NCBI GenBank assembly: GCA_047495785.1
Contig: JBLDXI010000024.1
Coordinates: 4,216,001 to 4,280,000 of the forward strand
Direction: 5' to 3'
Length of the DNA: 64,000 bases
From: Lepidodermella squamata
Taxonomy: Eukaryota; Animalia; Gastrotricha
The notes below the pieces were generated by a model, which made no database searches, was not told the DNA's origin, and saw only the letters and a list, made by a program, of their open reading frames with translations. Of this stretch, positions 63,351 to 64,000 are shown piece after piece (the first letter of the stretch is position 1; every line of letters begins with the position of its first letter). Both the position numbers and the translations under genes were made by a program.

Positions 63351-64000
63351 CAGGAAGCCACTAGATGGTTCCAAAAAATCGATTTCGACAGTAAGTTATC
63401 TGTTTCTTCGAAAAATCGCGATAATGCTTAACTGCCTTCAAAAACGCCTAAAATATTTATGAGGTCTCAGTTATCCTAAATCCAAGTGGAACAACTAAGC
63501 TATTGGCCATTTATTGGAAAACGGTCAAAGAAAGTGCCTACGTGTTGGGAAACCCCTAACACGTAACCTTAAAACTGCAAAAAATTAAGTTATCATTTAG
63601 CAACAGGCAGCAACATTGATTCCGCCCCTTCCGCCAGTTTGAAATAAATCGATCGCTTGCAGGTTTTGTTGACTGCCAAGTTCAATAATTAGTTACTTAT
63701 CCGCAGGGCATATCGTCTATAACAATGAAAATACCCAACCAGCAAATTTGTTATTAGCCATTGCGTATCTATTGTATAATTGATGTTACAGCTTTTTGCA
63801 ACGCTTTTTTGGGAGAATCGATGCTTGCCATTCTTAGCTCTTTTGTTTAGATTTTTATCAATCAATAAGACAGAATGACCCCGGTGTGGTGCGCTTTCCG
63901 GTTCAACACTTTCAAGGTTTGCGCATTCATGATGTCGCACAAAGACGGGATGAAAGTAGGTAGAAATGCCAAACCCACAGTTTTTTCGATAAGCGATAGG

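Overview
Animal (invertebrate-type) genomic DNA with compact 48-62 nt spliceosomal introns; the species cannot be determined from the sequence. The window is a tandem cluster of cell-surface receptor and lectin genes interleaved with transposons. (1) Three paralogues of a very large minus-strand receptor. The apparently intact copy (10715-24028) splices into one frame: signal peptide, EGF, discoidin/FA58C-like, 4 fibrinogen-related domains (FReD), PAN-like, 3 sushi, EGFs, stalk, then a polycystin-1-like membrane region (TM1, PLAT, TMs, polycystin channel domain). Its GPS autoproteolysis motif is degenerate and is preceded by a furin site. A second copy (<1-8734) runs off the window after about 21 tandem EGF exons. 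A third (53955-63350) is a mosaic pseudogene. (2) A Cys-loop ion-channel subunit with an N-terminal LamG-like domain, an L-type-lectin-like domain and a mucin stalk. (3) A frameshifted GABA-B-like class C GPCR and two QPD-type C-type lectin genes. (4) Mobile DNA: an env-bearing Ty3/gypsy element with identical 195-bp LTRs but deleted RT/RNase H, an intron-containing Sola1-like transposase, a 2183-bp tandem duplication creating a chimeric ORF, and four kinds of non-autonomous DNA elements (TA, TTA, 8-bp and 9-bp TSDs). Domain names come from motif recognition by eye; no database searches were run.
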